DNA of 60,669 bases, counting the filler. It is 3 parts of 3 records of this genome, joined end to end, with 100 filler letters (N's around TTAATTAATTAA, not from the genome) between each part and the next. Parts side by side here need not be neighbours in the genome. Positions count along the whole stretch, not along the records: positions 35,247 to 60,669 come from SRR31156797_5639; 2 more parts are not named here. The stretch is one strand, 5' to 3'. Both the position numbers and the translations under genes were made by a program. The notes beneath the pieces were generated by a model. The model had not been told where the DNA came from. It ran no database searches and saw only the letters and a list, made by a program, of their open reading frames with translations. Below, one piece after another: positions 47,794 through 57,601 of this stretch. The first letter of the stretch is position 1, and each line of letters starts with the position of its first letter.

Positions 47794-48125
47794 AGTATTT
47801 AGATTTTAGATTAAGTACTGATTAGGTTCTTTAAGGTTTTTCACCTCATTCTAAAGGTAAAAATTTGGAATTATAGCAGCGATTATGGCGTGGCGAGATT
47901 TATTTTATGAAAAAAAGGAATTTGTCTCTTTCAAATCGACATTTATCAGTGTTTCACTAGGCTTATCTCACTCTTTTTTCTATATTTAATAGTTGTTTGA
48001 TAGAAAATATTAATTACGAAGCATATGATTCACTAGTATTTTGGGTGAAAAATGATTTGATTTTAATTTTTTTTAAAATAGCTTTAAATACCCATTTTTG
48101 AAACCCCTATTTCTAACCTAATACT

Positions 48126-48830
48126 ATGGCTAAATTTTCTAAATCTGATAATTGCAAAAACTGTGTTGATTGCAATATGAGAATCCCCCAATTGAGTTTG
48201 CTTTCACATGATGAGTTAATTGAATTAAATAAAAGCCGATTTGAAGTTAAATTTAAAGCTGGCGAAACAATTTTTAAACAAGGTACCTCAGCTACTCATT
48301 TGCTAATATTAACGACAGGATTGGCAAAATTGTATGTTGAAGGCGTTCAAGATAAGCAATTAATAATTAGAATTGTAAAACCCTGGGAGATTGTTGGTCA
48401 AGCATCATTGTATTTTGATAATAGACACCACTATTCTATTGCGGCATTGGATGATTGTACAGCATGCTTTATTGATATTGAGTCATTTAAAAGTTTGATC
48501 AAATCAAATTCATTGTTTGCAGAAGAGTTTATTCGAAATTGTACTCAAAAAGGCATTTATTCGTTTGAAAAAATGGTTAGTCTTTCACAAAAACAAATGC
48601 ATGGAAGAATTGCAGATGGATTGATTTATCTTACGAATAAAGTTTATGAAAGTGTCGAGTTTAATTTGCACCTTTCGCGGCAAGATGTTGCGGATCTTAC
48701 GGGAATGTCTAAGGATAGTGCGATTCGAATCCTTAAAGAGTTCCATAACGAAGGAATTATAAAACTTGATGGACGAAAGCTTAGTGTTCTAGATTTTGAT
48801 CAGTTGGAACGAATTAGTGAAACCGGATGA
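48126..48830 (+). CDS. Crp/Fnr-family transcriptional regulator
   Basis: N-terminal CKNCVDC, GETIFKQG, GRIAD, HTH LSRQDVADLTGMSKDSAIRIL. Confidence 0.92.
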   Translation: MAKFSKSDNCKNCVDCNMRIPQLSLLSHDELIELNKSRFEVKFKAGETIFKQGTSATHLLILTTGLAKLYVEGVQDKQLIIRIVKPWEIVGQASLYFDNRHHYSIAALDDCTACFIDIESFKSLIKSNSLFAEEFIRNCTQKGIYSFEKMVSLSQKQMHGRIADGLIYLTNKVYESVEFNLHLSRQDVADLTGMSKDSAIRILKEFHNEGIIKLDGRKLSVLDFDQLERISETG

Positions 48831-48837
48831 TATTTAG

Positions 48838-48868
48838 AAAAAACGAGAGCCTCGGCTCTCGTTTTTTT
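48838..48868. terminator. Bidirectional terminator
   Basis: AAAAAACGAGAGC-ctcg-GCTCTCGTTTTTT between convergent genes. Confidence 0.85.
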
Positions 48869-49829
48869 ATTTACTAAGTTCATTCAGATTTTTTCGAATT
48901 GCTTCTTGATTTAAATCCTTCCCGATAATAACAATTTTACTTTCTCGTATTTCGTTATTTTGCCAAACTTTTCCTACGGTTGCTTGTATCTGTGTATGTA
49001 CCGATTGTAGTACTATTCGATTGTCAACACCCGAAATGTTTAATATACCTTTAACCCTATAAATAGTATCTTGATTGAATTGGAGGAATGCATCGAGCCA
49101 CATGCCGATTTTAAATTGATCCAAAGGCTCTACTGAAGTGTAAAGCATACTTTGAATTCCATGAGAATTAGTAGTGGATGACTCTTTCCTTTCAATCCCT
49201 AAAATATGCTGGAATATATTGGAAGGTTTGTAGGCAAATCGATCCAATATGTTTTTTGACTTTGGCTTGGAGTGAACACAATTTACAATTTGGGCAAAAT
49301 TGTTCTTCCTTTGCAAAGAACTTTTCAACTCAAGCAAATGCTTTTCATTCGCCAAATCGGTTTTGTTGATTAAAAGTAGATCAGCAACGGCAATTTGCTT
49401 GTTTAAGATGTCATCCTTTTCTTGATCTACTTTCGAAACGGAGACATCAACCAGACAAATTACACTATCAAGCTCAAATTCTTTTTTAACAATTGGATCG
49501 CTTATGAATAAAGCCAAAATACTTCCTGGATCAGCAATACCAGTTGTTTCAATTAACAGATGATTGAATGAATGTTTCGAATCAATCAGTTTTTGTAACA
49601 CAAGAAACAATTCCTGATTTAAATTACAACAAATACAGCCATTACTCAATTCAAAAATATCTTCATTTTGGATGTTCTCAACCAATTGGGAATCAATATT
49701 CTCTTCGCCAAATTCATTTTCGATAATGGCAAATTTCTTTTCAGGATAAGTATCAATTAAATGGTTGAGTAAGCTGGTTTTGCCTGCTCCTAAAAAGCCC
49801 GTGATTACTGTAACTGGAATTTTTTTCAT
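48867..49829 (-). CDS. CobW/COG0523-family GTPase metallochaperone
   Basis: TGFLGAGKT, NEFGE, GCICC, ETTGIADP, NKTD, YRVKG. Confidence 0.92.
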   Translation of the reverse strand: MKKIPVTVITGFLGAGKTSLLNHLIDTYPEKKFAIIENEFGEENIDSQLVENIQNEDIFELSNGCICCNLNQELFLVLQKLIDSKHSFNHLLIETTGIADPGSILALFISDPIVKKEFELDSVICLVDVSVSKVDQEKDDILNKQIAVADLLLINKTDLANEKHLLELKSSLQRKNNFAQIVNCVHSKPKSKNILDRFAYKPSNIFQHILGIERKESSTTNSHGIQSMLYTSVEPLDQFKIGMWLDAFLQFNQDTIYRVKGILNISGVDNRIVLQSVHTQIQATVGKVWQNNEIRESKIVIIGKDLNQEAIRKNLNELSK

Positions 49830-49832
49830 TAA

Positions 49833-50348
49833 TTAAAATTTTTCCCAATGGACAATTTCTTCTAAGGCTTTTCTCTTTTTTACAGGAATTTTATCATCAT
49901 TTGGATATCCTAATGAAAGAATTGCAATTGGTTCAATATGATCAGGAAGATTAAAGAATTCTTTGCATTTTTCAACATAGAAATTGCATATCCAACAGGT
50001 TCCTAATCCTAGTTCTACCGCTTGCAAGGTCATGTGATCAATGGCAATTGCCGTATCAACATCAGTATGATCTTTTCCATCTTCCTTTCTTTTCCAGGCT
50101 TGTTCATGGTCTCCACAAACAACAATATATACAGGTGCTTCTTTAAACCAATCTCGATGATATATTTCTGAAAATTTTTCTCGATTTTCAGATTCCCGCA
50201 CTACTATAAAGTGCCAGGGTTGGAAATTTACAGCAGAGGGAGCAATTTGTCCAGCTTCAAGAATTTTAATTAATTTCTCTTCTTCAACTTCTTTAGGTAA
50301 ATAGGATCGTACAGAATAACGATTTGATATCAATGTTTTAAAATCCAT
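49833..50348 (-). CDS. Nitroreductase family protein
   Basis: RYSVRSY, APSAVNFQPW, LGLGTCWI. Confidence 0.92.
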   Translation of the reverse strand: MDFKTLISNRYSVRSYLPKEVEEEKLIKILEAGQIAPSAVNFQPWHFIVVRESENREKFSEIYHRDWFKEAPVYIVVCGDHEQAWKRKEDGKDHTDVDTAIAIDHMTLQAVELGLGTCWICNFYVEKCKEFFNLPDHIEPIAILSLGYPNDDKIPVKKRKALEEIVHWEKF

Positions 50349-50496
50349 GTCTATGTTTTATTGATTTAAGTACAAAATTGAGAAATAAATGATCAAGTCA
50401 AAAGCCTTATGCGAATTTATCTTTTCCTGAGCTAAAGAAACTGTTCTGTGCTTTCATTTTATTAACTTCGCGACTCAATAATTATTGAATATAGGA

Positions 50497-51639
50497 ATGA
50501 CTAGAGAGCTGAGAAAAAATATCATGTACCAATACCTAATGTTATTGGTAATTGCGGCAACGGCGGGGCATCAGGGATGGAGAACATTGTTTAATAACTT
50601 TGCGGTTGATCAGATTGGAATTAATGGTTTTCAAGTTGGAATTATACAATCAGTACGTGAGATTCCAGGATTCTTGGTTTTTTTGGTTATCTATTTGTTA
50701 TTGATTATTAAAGAGCATCGCTTATCAGCAATTTCTGTTTTGTTTGTTGGTTTGGGAGTTGCCCTTACCGGATTTTTTCCAAGTTTTTGGGGTCTAGTTT
50801 TTACCACTCTAATTATGTCGGTTGGTTTTCATTACTTCGAAACAACTAATAAATCACTTACACTTCAATATTTTTCGATTGAACAGTCTCCATTTGTGTT
50901 TGCAAAACAAAAAAGCTGGACAGCCGTCGCAAACATTAGTATGGGAGCCTTTATTTTCGGAATTTCCCAAATTTTATCATTACAAGCCAGTTTTATACTA
51001 ATTGGTATTGCTGTGTTTGCGCTTGGAGTATGGGCTTTATTTTGGGATCCTGTTGATAAGAATATCATCCCACAGAATAAAGGAATGGTGCTTCGAAAAA
51101 GATATTGGTTGTTTTATGTGCTTAATTTTTTGAGTGGTGCAAGAAGACAGATATTTGTGGTTTTTGCAGTATTCATGCTGGTGGAAAAATACAATTACAC
51201 AGTAAGTAATATCGCTGTGCTATTCGTTGTAAATAATATAATTACCTATTTTATATCGCCATATATTGCCAAAGGGATTAATAAATTTGGAGAACGAAAA
51301 ATGCTGTCCGCAGAATACTTTTTTCTGATCTTTGTTTTTCTCGGCTATGCTTTTATCGAAAATGGAATTGTGATTGCTGTTTTATACATTATCGATCATG
51401 TCTTTTTTGGATTTTCAATGGGAATTAACACCTACTTTCAAAAAACAGGAGACAAAAAGGATATTGCTCCATCTATGGCTGTTGGATTTGGAATTAATCA
51501 CATATCGGCGGTTGTAATTCCTATAATTGGAGGGATTTTATGGATGATAAATCCGCAAATACCATTTTTAGCAGGTGCAGTACTAAGTGTGGTATCCTTG
51601 GGATTTGTTCAATTAATTAGAATAAATAAATCAAAATAG
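50497..51639 (+). CDS. MFS transporter
   Basis: About 12 TM helices; VREIPG, LSGARRQIFVVFA, INHISAV. Confidence 0.88.
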   Translation: MTRELRKNIMYQYLMLLVIAATAGHQGWRTLFNNFAVDQIGINGFQVGIIQSVREIPGFLVFLVIYLLLIIKEHRLSAISVLFVGLGVALTGFFPSFWGLVFTTLIMSVGFHYFETTNKSLTLQYFSIEQSPFVFAKQKSWTAVANISMGAFIFGISQILSLQASFILIGIAVFALGVWALFWDPVDKNIIPQNKGMVLRKRYWLFYVLNFLSGARRQIFVVFAVFMLVEKYNYTVSNIAVLFVVNNIITYFISPYIAKGINKFGERKMLSAEYFFLIFVFLGYAFIENGIVIAVLYIIDHVFFGFSMGINTYFQKTGDKKDIAPSMAVGFGINHISAVVIPIIGGILWMINPQIPFLAGAVLSVVSLGFVQLIRINKSK

Positions 51640-51640
51640 T

Positions 51641-52492
51641 ATGCAGACAAGTAAGGAAACATATCAGTCTTTAATTGAGTTGTACAATAAAGGAATTCAA
51701 GAAAAAGATCCGAAAATTATTCGTCAATTTATAGATGACAATAGAGTAGATGAACTTAAAGAAGAGGCTCAATTCTATTTAGAGATTTTACAGTTACGTG
51801 CAGGAGCATATTCTCTGTTTGGAGAATTAAACGAGGCAGGTGAAGAATATGCAAAGGGATACTCTTCATGTTCTAAGCTCGGAAAATGGGTGTATGGATT
51901 GAATTGGGCTCTACAGTACATGGCTGAATTTTCTTTTAAACGTGGTGAGGATAAGATTAAGGAAGCGATGACAAAGGGAGGTGAGGTTCTAGATAAAGCT
52001 TTACTTGATTTGCCTGAAGATAAATATCAGGAATTTTATCAATTGAGTTTGATAAATGTTCGTGCTTTTATGTATCTAACAGCTGGAAATAAAGAGAATG
52101 CAATTAATGTGTATGAGAACTGCAAGTTTACTCCAGTTCCAATTCCTGAATACAACGATAAGGAGTCCCTACAGATGTTATTTGCCAACTTTACCAAAGG
52201 GTTGGCTGTAGCTGTCGAATTAAAAGATAAAAAACTTTTAATGAATTTACTTAAGGTGATTTCTATCGATGATCAGGTTTTGTATAGTGATGCTGGTTTG
52301 TTTAGAGTTTTCTACGAGACTTTGGTAAGTTCTTTTGATATGCGCGCAGAGTTCATTACTGAATTTAATGCTATGTTTAAGATCAAAGAATCTTTAGAAA
52401 GTATTACACCTAATTTTGCCAATTTTTTAGGCTTAATTGGAGAGCAGGATTTCGATAAACTGGATCAGTTTTTTGCGAAATTCGAAAATTAA
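51641..52492 (+). CDS. Hypothetical helical protein
   Basis: 283-aa ORF tightly spaced between MFS and YchJ genes; no recognised motif. Confidence 0.75.
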   Translation: MQTSKETYQSLIELYNKGIQEKDPKIIRQFIDDNRVDELKEEAQFYLEILQLRAGAYSLFGELNEAGEEYAKGYSSCSKLGKWVYGLNWALQYMAEFSFKRGEDKIKEAMTKGGEVLDKALLDLPEDKYQEFYQLSLINVRAFMYLTAGNKENAINVYENCKFTPVPIPEYNDKESLQMLFANFTKGLAVAVELKDKKLLMNLLKVISIDDQVLYSDAGLFRVFYETLVSSFDMRAEFITEFNAMFKIKESLESITPNFANFLGLIGEQDFDKLDQFFAKFEN

Positions 52493-52498
52493 ATAACT

Positions 52499-52984
52499 AT
52501 GGATGAATTTTGCTATTGTGGTAATAGTTTAATTTACGAGGAGTGTTGTGGGGCAATTCATAATGGCACTCGAGAAGCTAAAACATCCGAAGAATTAATG
52601 CGAAGCAGGTATTCTGCCTTTGTACTAGCGGATATTGACTATATTCTAAAAACTTATGCTTCTGAAAACAGACCAGTTAAGGATAGACAAGAAATTTTGA
52701 ATTGGACGAAATCTGTAAAATGGATTAAGCTGGAGGTTTTGAAAACCAAGTTGGGTACTGAAACCGATAATGAAGGATTTGTTGAATTTAAGGCGCATTA
52801 TATTGAAAATGATACAAGTCAGGTATTGCATGAAAACTCCTATTTTAATAAAGAAAATAAATCTTGGGTTTATGTTTCTGGAGAATTTCCTAATACAATA
52901 ACGAAAGAAAGTTTACCAGGTAGAAATGAGCCTTGTTTTTGTGGAAGTGGTAAAAAGTTCAAGAAGTGTTGCTTTGGCAAATAA
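52499..52984 (+). CDS. YchJ-family protein with SEC-C motifs
   Basis: CYCG..CC, LMRSRYSAF, VEFKA, HENSYF, GRNEPCFCGSGKKFKKCC. Confidence 0.92.
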   Translation: MDEFCYCGNSLIYEECCGAIHNGTREAKTSEELMRSRYSAFVLADIDYILKTYASENRPVKDRQEILNWTKSVKWIKLEVLKTKLGTETDNEGFVEFKAHYIENDTSQVLHENSYFNKENKSWVYVSGEFPNTITKESLPGRNEPCFCGSGKKFKKCCFGK

Positions 52985-53001
52985 GATAAAAGGGGAATCT
53001 A

Positions 53002-53661
53002 CTAATGATTCCCCATATTTTTTAGAACAGAAAATGTCTTATCTATATCGGCATCGTTAACAACTAAAGTAAATTCGTTTGTTGTAGAAACTACTTCTTG
53101 TATGTTTATGCCAGCCCAGGCAATATTTTTTAGAATAAAATAATAAAAACCAAGTTGTTGGCTATTGGTAGCAGGTAATTTTAAGGTTACCGAAGATAGC
53201 TGCTGACTTCTTGACACCAGGTATTCGCCAGAAAAAGCTTCTTCAACCTTTTCCTGTAAGGAACTTGAAACAACCAGATTCGATTCAAAAACACCTTGTA
53301 CCATTGTGTAAAAAAACTCTTGGTTTGGACCAATAGATTTTAACAATTCTGTGTGTTTTTCAATCAGTGTATTTGAGTTTTTATAAGTGAAATCAACAAG
53401 ATGAGATCGCACAATTATGTCACCTACATTTGTGATTACTTCTTTTAATCCAGGATTAATTTTTACCTCAAGATTAGGAGCCAATCTATTTAGAGCCATT
53501 ATAATTGCACCAATTTTCACAGGTTTCTTTACACTTTGTTCAACTTGATTCTGTATTTTGCGGGCTAATGATGAAACATTGATCAAACCTTCAACCAAAG
53601 CTTCTGCTAAAAAGGGTTGAGCACTTACAATTTTTTCTACAACTTGTGGAATTGTTATCAT
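53002..53661 (-). CDS. ACT-domain protein (aspartokinase regulatory-domain-like, no kinase domain)
   Basis: Probable start MITIPQVV at 53661; GLINVSSLAR..GAIIMALNR N-terminus; GINIQEVVSTTNEFTLV ACT-like C-terminus. Confidence 0.7.
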   Translation of the reverse strand: MITIPQVVEKIVSAQPFLAEALVEGLINVSSLARKIQNQVEQSVKKPVKIGAIIMALNRLAPNLEVKINPGLKEVITNVGDIIVRSHLVDFTYKNSNTLIEKHTELLKSIGPNQEFFYTMVQGVFESNLVVSSSLQEKVEEAFSGEYLVSRSQQLSSVTLKLPATNSQQLGFYYFILKNIAWAGINIQEVVSTTNEFTLVVNDADIDKTFSVLKNMGNH

Positions 53662-53938
53662 TATTCTTAATGTTTGTTGAATTTCCCTACAAATATGTTG
53701 AAAAACTAACAGAATGTAGAATTTTTGAATAAATTTTCTAAAAATTTTATTGATATCCCTACCCATTCTATATTTGCAGCCGTAAACCACAACCCTACAT
53801 TAACCAAGTAGGATTTTTAATCAAGGAATAATACCAATAAGCTTCTGTTTGTTTTGTATATTGATGTAATGTAAATCAGGAGTTTATTGGGGTTATTTTA
53901 AAGTTCAATTCATATTATGAATTATTAAAAGAAGTAAA

Positions 53939-54859
53939 ATGAGAAAAAACTGGCAGGGATCAATTGTTGCTGTGGTAACACCTTTTAATGCAGATGGAAG
54001 TATTGATTACGCATCATTCGACGGTTTAATTAATTTTCATCTGGAAAATGAAAGCGACGGTATCGTTGTGTGTGGCACAACAGGTGAGGCAGCAACTCTA
54101 TCGAAAGAAGAGTATGCTGAAGTAATTCAATTTGTAATTAAAAAGGTGAATAAACAGGTGCCTGTAATTGTTGGAACTGGATCAAATTGTACCAATTCAG
54201 CAGTTGAAAATTCCCTTTTGGCCGAATCTTTAGGAGCTGATGCAATTCTTGCCGTTGCTCCTTACTACAATAAACCTACTAGAAAAGGATTGATTGACTA
54301 TTTTTCGCAGATTGCAACAGCGATTAGCATACCTGTAATCATGTACAATGTACCTGGTAGAACGGCTTGCAATATTCCTTGCGATGTTGTAATAGAATTG
54401 GCTAATAAATTTGATAATATCGTCGGTATTAAGGAGGCATCAAGTAATTTAGAGCAAATGGCTTGTATTTTAAGAGATAAACCAAAAGATTTTATGGTTT
54501 TCTCAGGAGATGATGCTTTGGCTTTTCCAGCTGTATGTTTAGGTGCTGATGGTGTGATTTCTGTGGTTGCAAATCTCTTTCCAAAAGAATTTCATGATTT
54601 AATGGATTTTGCTTTAAAAGGTGATTTAATAGCGGCAAGAGACCTACATTTAAAATATCTTAAGATTATTCAATTGTGTTTTATCGAATCAAATCCTATT
54701 CCTGTTAAAACAGGTTTAAGCCTTATGGGAAAAGTTAAGGAAGAATTTCGATCACCAATGAGCAGAATGGAAGAGGAGAATAAAACAGAACTTTTGGTAG
54801 AATTGCAAAAGTTACTAGTTCATACTTCGGAATACATGTCTGAAATAGAAGAACTATAA
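53939..54859 (+). CDS. dapA: 4-hydroxy-tetrahydrodipicolinate synthase
   Basis: VTPF, GTTGE, GTGSN, PYYNKP, YNVPGRT, GIKEAS, SGDD, ESNPIPVK. Confidence 0.96.
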   Translation: MRKNWQGSIVAVVTPFNADGSIDYASFDGLINFHLENESDGIVVCGTTGEAATLSKEEYAEVIQFVIKKVNKQVPVIVGTGSNCTNSAVENSLLAESLGADAILAVAPYYNKPTRKGLIDYFSQIATAISIPVIMYNVPGRTACNIPCDVVIELANKFDNIVGIKEASSNLEQMACILRDKPKDFMVFSGDDALAFPAVCLGADGVISVVANLFPKEFHDLMDFALKGDLIAARDLHLKYLKIIQLCFIESNPIPVKTGLSLMGKVKEEFRSPMSRMEEENKTELLVELQKLLVHTSEYMSEIEEL

Positions 54860-54889
54860 ATAGAATTCAATTATTACTATCAAGCCATT

Positions 54890-56182
54890 TCAATCCGAAG
54901 TGGCTTTCTTTTTAGTGTAATTTTCGATAATTGCAGCACCTACGCTATCGCCCCAAACATTCACTGTCGTTCTGAATCTATCCAATAACCAGTCTATTGA
55001 TAGTATTAAACCAATGCCTTCTATTGGCAAGTGAACAGCTTTTAGTACAATAACCATAGTAACCAGTCCGGCTTCTGGAATACCCGCGGCACCAATTGCT
55101 GCCAGTGTTGCAGTTAAAAATATTACTGATTGCTGGGCAAAACTTAACTCTAACCCATAAAGTTGAGCAATGAATATTGCGGCAACAGCTTCGTAAAGAG
55201 CTGTTCCATCCATGTTTATTGTTGCACCTAAAGGGAGTACAAAATTACTGGTTTTTTCGGAAATTCCATTTTGTTGATTTACACCTTGTAATGTTAGTGG
55301 TAGTGTTGCTGTACTTGAAGCTGTAGAAAAGGCATTCATTAGTGCCGTTGCAACACCTTTGGCATAAGTAATGGGATTTCGTTTTCCAAATACCTTGAGA
55401 GAAATACATAAAATTACAAGGGCATGAATTGATAATCCTAATAAAACTGTAAGACTAAATTTTCCAAGTGAAAGCAATTCGGGTAAGAATCCTTCGTAGC
55501 CACCCGCTTTACCAATCCTGGCGGTTATTAATCCAAAAATTCCAATAGGAGCAAGGTACATTACCCAATTCACCAATTTCATAATTCCATCGTTTAAAAC
55601 GGATATAAATTCAATGGTTCTTTTTGCTTTTTTACCTAATGACGCTATAGCTGCTCCAAAAAAGAGCGAGAACATTATTAAAGGAAGAATATCCATTTTA
55701 GCCATGGCTAAAAATAGGTTGTATGCAACTATACCTTGCTGTTCATTTTCAGGATTTCCAACAATTAATTCTTTTAAGGTTTCTGAAATTTGTGCGTCTT
55801 TAGATAGTATACTAACTCCACTATCAGGAAGAGGTAGGTTGATGTGATTACCAGGCTGAATAAGATTCACCAAAAGAATTCCAATACAGACAGAAATTCC
55901 GGTTGTTAGCATATAATAAAGAAGAGTTTTACTGCCAATGTTACCAAGATTTCTTAAATCATCAAGTTTAGAAATTCCGACCAGCATAGATAATATTACC
56001 ATGGGAACAACCAGCATCATAAGGATATTTAGGAATATTTCTCCAAATATTGAGAATTTGGAAGCTATATTTGGTAAAAATCCACCAACTAAAAATCCAG
56101 CAAGAATAGCAATAATTATACTGAACAATAGAGTATTGCCTGATGATGAACTTTTATGATGGAAAATATTTTTAAAAAACAT
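54890..56182 (-). CDS. Dicarboxylate/amino acid:cation symporter (GltP/DAACS family)
   Basis: AFSTASSTATLP, LGATINMDGTA, IGAAGIP, DRFRTTVNVWGD. Confidence 0.94.
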   Translation of the reverse strand: MFFKNIFHHKSSSSGNTLLFSIIIAILAGFLVGGFLPNIASKFSIFGEIFLNILMMLVVPMVILSMLVGISKLDDLRNLGNIGSKTLLYYMLTTGISVCIGILLVNLIQPGNHINLPLPDSGVSILSKDAQISETLKELIVGNPENEQQGIVAYNLFLAMAKMDILPLIMFSLFFGAAIASLGKKAKRTIEFISVLNDGIMKLVNWVMYLAPIGIFGLITARIGKAGGYEGFLPELLSLGKFSLTVLLGLSIHALVILCISLKVFGKRNPITYAKGVATALMNAFSTASSTATLPLTLQGVNQQNGISEKTSNFVLPLGATINMDGTALYEAVAAIFIAQLYGLELSFAQQSVIFLTATLAAIGAAGIPEAGLVTMVIVLKAVHLPIEGIGLILSIDWLLDRFRTTVNVWGDSVGAAIIENYTKKKATSD

Positions 56183-56421
56183 GCTGATTTTATGAAACTA
56201 AATGAACAATAATTAGTACAATGTGTTTGATAACCAAGAATGCTTAAAATTGCTGAATAAGCATCGAAATAATTAGGAGGACAAGGTTTAATGAAATAGG
56301 ACTTTTATTATTAACAACATAAACTTTTGCGAAGTAAAAGTCAATTGTTTTTTGATTAAAACTGAATATCGTATAAACTAAAATTTTCCTGAATACTATT
56401 GTTTAAGATCAAAACTACTAC

Positions 56422-57210
56422 ATGAATAAAGATTTACTCTTTGCACTTATTCAAAATCCGAATTTAATTCCAGGCATATACAATTATTGCGATGGTTGGT
56501 GTGAACGTTGTGATTTTACTGGTAATTGTCTTAATTTTAAGATGATGGAAGAGGGTGTTCCTGATATTAAATCTACAGAATCAGACTCTGAAGCTTCTTC
56601 AGCAATGGAGAATCTTGATGAGATGTTTGAATTAAGTATGGAGCTTCTAAATCAAGCAGCTAAGGATTTGGGTATGGAATTGCCCAAAAAGGCATTGGAT
56701 TTTGATGCTGAAGAAGAGGAAGAAAAGGATGAGTTGATTTTTAAGAGTCAAATTATGCTACAGGCGGATAAATATTCTGAATTGGTTGATGCATGGTTTT
56801 CTGATTACGAGACATTAATATATGTAGGATCGAATAGCTTGAAAGAACTTTTTGATTTTAAGGAGGAAGAGGAAATGAATGAGGATGAGCGAATGATTTT
56901 TAATGTGTCAGAAATTATTCGATGGTATCAGTTCATTATTCCTAGTAAATTATTTCGTTCGTTAAGAAGTCGTGCCAATACCGAAGAAACAGGAAATGAA
57001 TTTTATAAACACGATAGTATAGCTTCAGGAAAAGTAGCATTAATATCCATTGATAAATCTATTGATGCCTGGACTTTGTATTTGAATCGATTTCCGGAAT
57101 CGGAAGACAGAATGTTGCCAATGTTATTATTACTTTCTGGTATGAGATCATTGGTTGAAGAAGTATTTCCTAATTCAAGAGATTTCGTACGACCGGGATT
57201 TGATATTTAG
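56422..57210 (+). CDS. Hypothetical acidic protein with N-terminal Cys cluster
   Basis: YNYCDGWCERC....C; C-terminal FVRPGFD. Confidence 0.8.
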   Translation: MNKDLLFALIQNPNLIPGIYNYCDGWCERCDFTGNCLNFKMMEEGVPDIKSTESDSEASSAMENLDEMFELSMELLNQAAKDLGMELPKKALDFDAEEEEEKDELIFKSQIMLQADKYSELVDAWFSDYETLIYVGSNSLKELFDFKEEEEMNEDERMIFNVSEIIRWYQFIIPSKLFRSLRSRANTEETGNEFYKHDSIASGKVALISIDKSIDAWTLYLNRFPESEDRMLPMLLLLSGMRSLVEEVFPNSRDFVRPGFDI

Positions 57211-57290
57211 AAAGATACTGATGATTTTAATGAACTCAATGAAAAATTATTTTATTGGGTTTTATTTTTTGTAAGTAAAAATCAAAATTA

Positions 57291-57321
57291 TTTGAGTATT
57301 TCATTAAAAAAATTACCTTCG
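57291..57321 (+). promoter_or_regulatory. Bacteroidota sigma-A promoter upstream of the EamA leader
   Basis: TTTG-N19-TACCTTCG. Confidence 0.6.
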
Positions 57322-57601
57322 CAACAGATTGAGCATCTATAAGAATTACAGTTGATGATATTCCATGCTATGGAAGACCTCGAATATCATCTTAGCTCAT
57401 CACAGATCTACACTGTGTACCATAGCTTCTCTTATTAATTGATAAGATATGAAGCTAATTTTGAACAATTTCTACAAGCTATTTTTGATTTTTTTTGCCA
57501 GTAGAGTGCTGAGCGGATATTGCATTCGGTCTCACGTGCTTAATTGAATAGTTCAATTAAAATGTGAATAAATTACATGTAAATATCAAATCAGTTGAAA
57601 T

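Noticed and set aside
53662-53790. N-terminal extensions in the ORF track (also 45029-45076, 20573-20617, 28492-28527)
   Set aside because: They overlap promoters or neighbouring genes; downstream ATGs give more typical N-termini.
53777-53938. Canonical lysine riboswitch before dapA
   Set aside because: The conserved AGAGGUGC-type core and five-stem layout are not evident.
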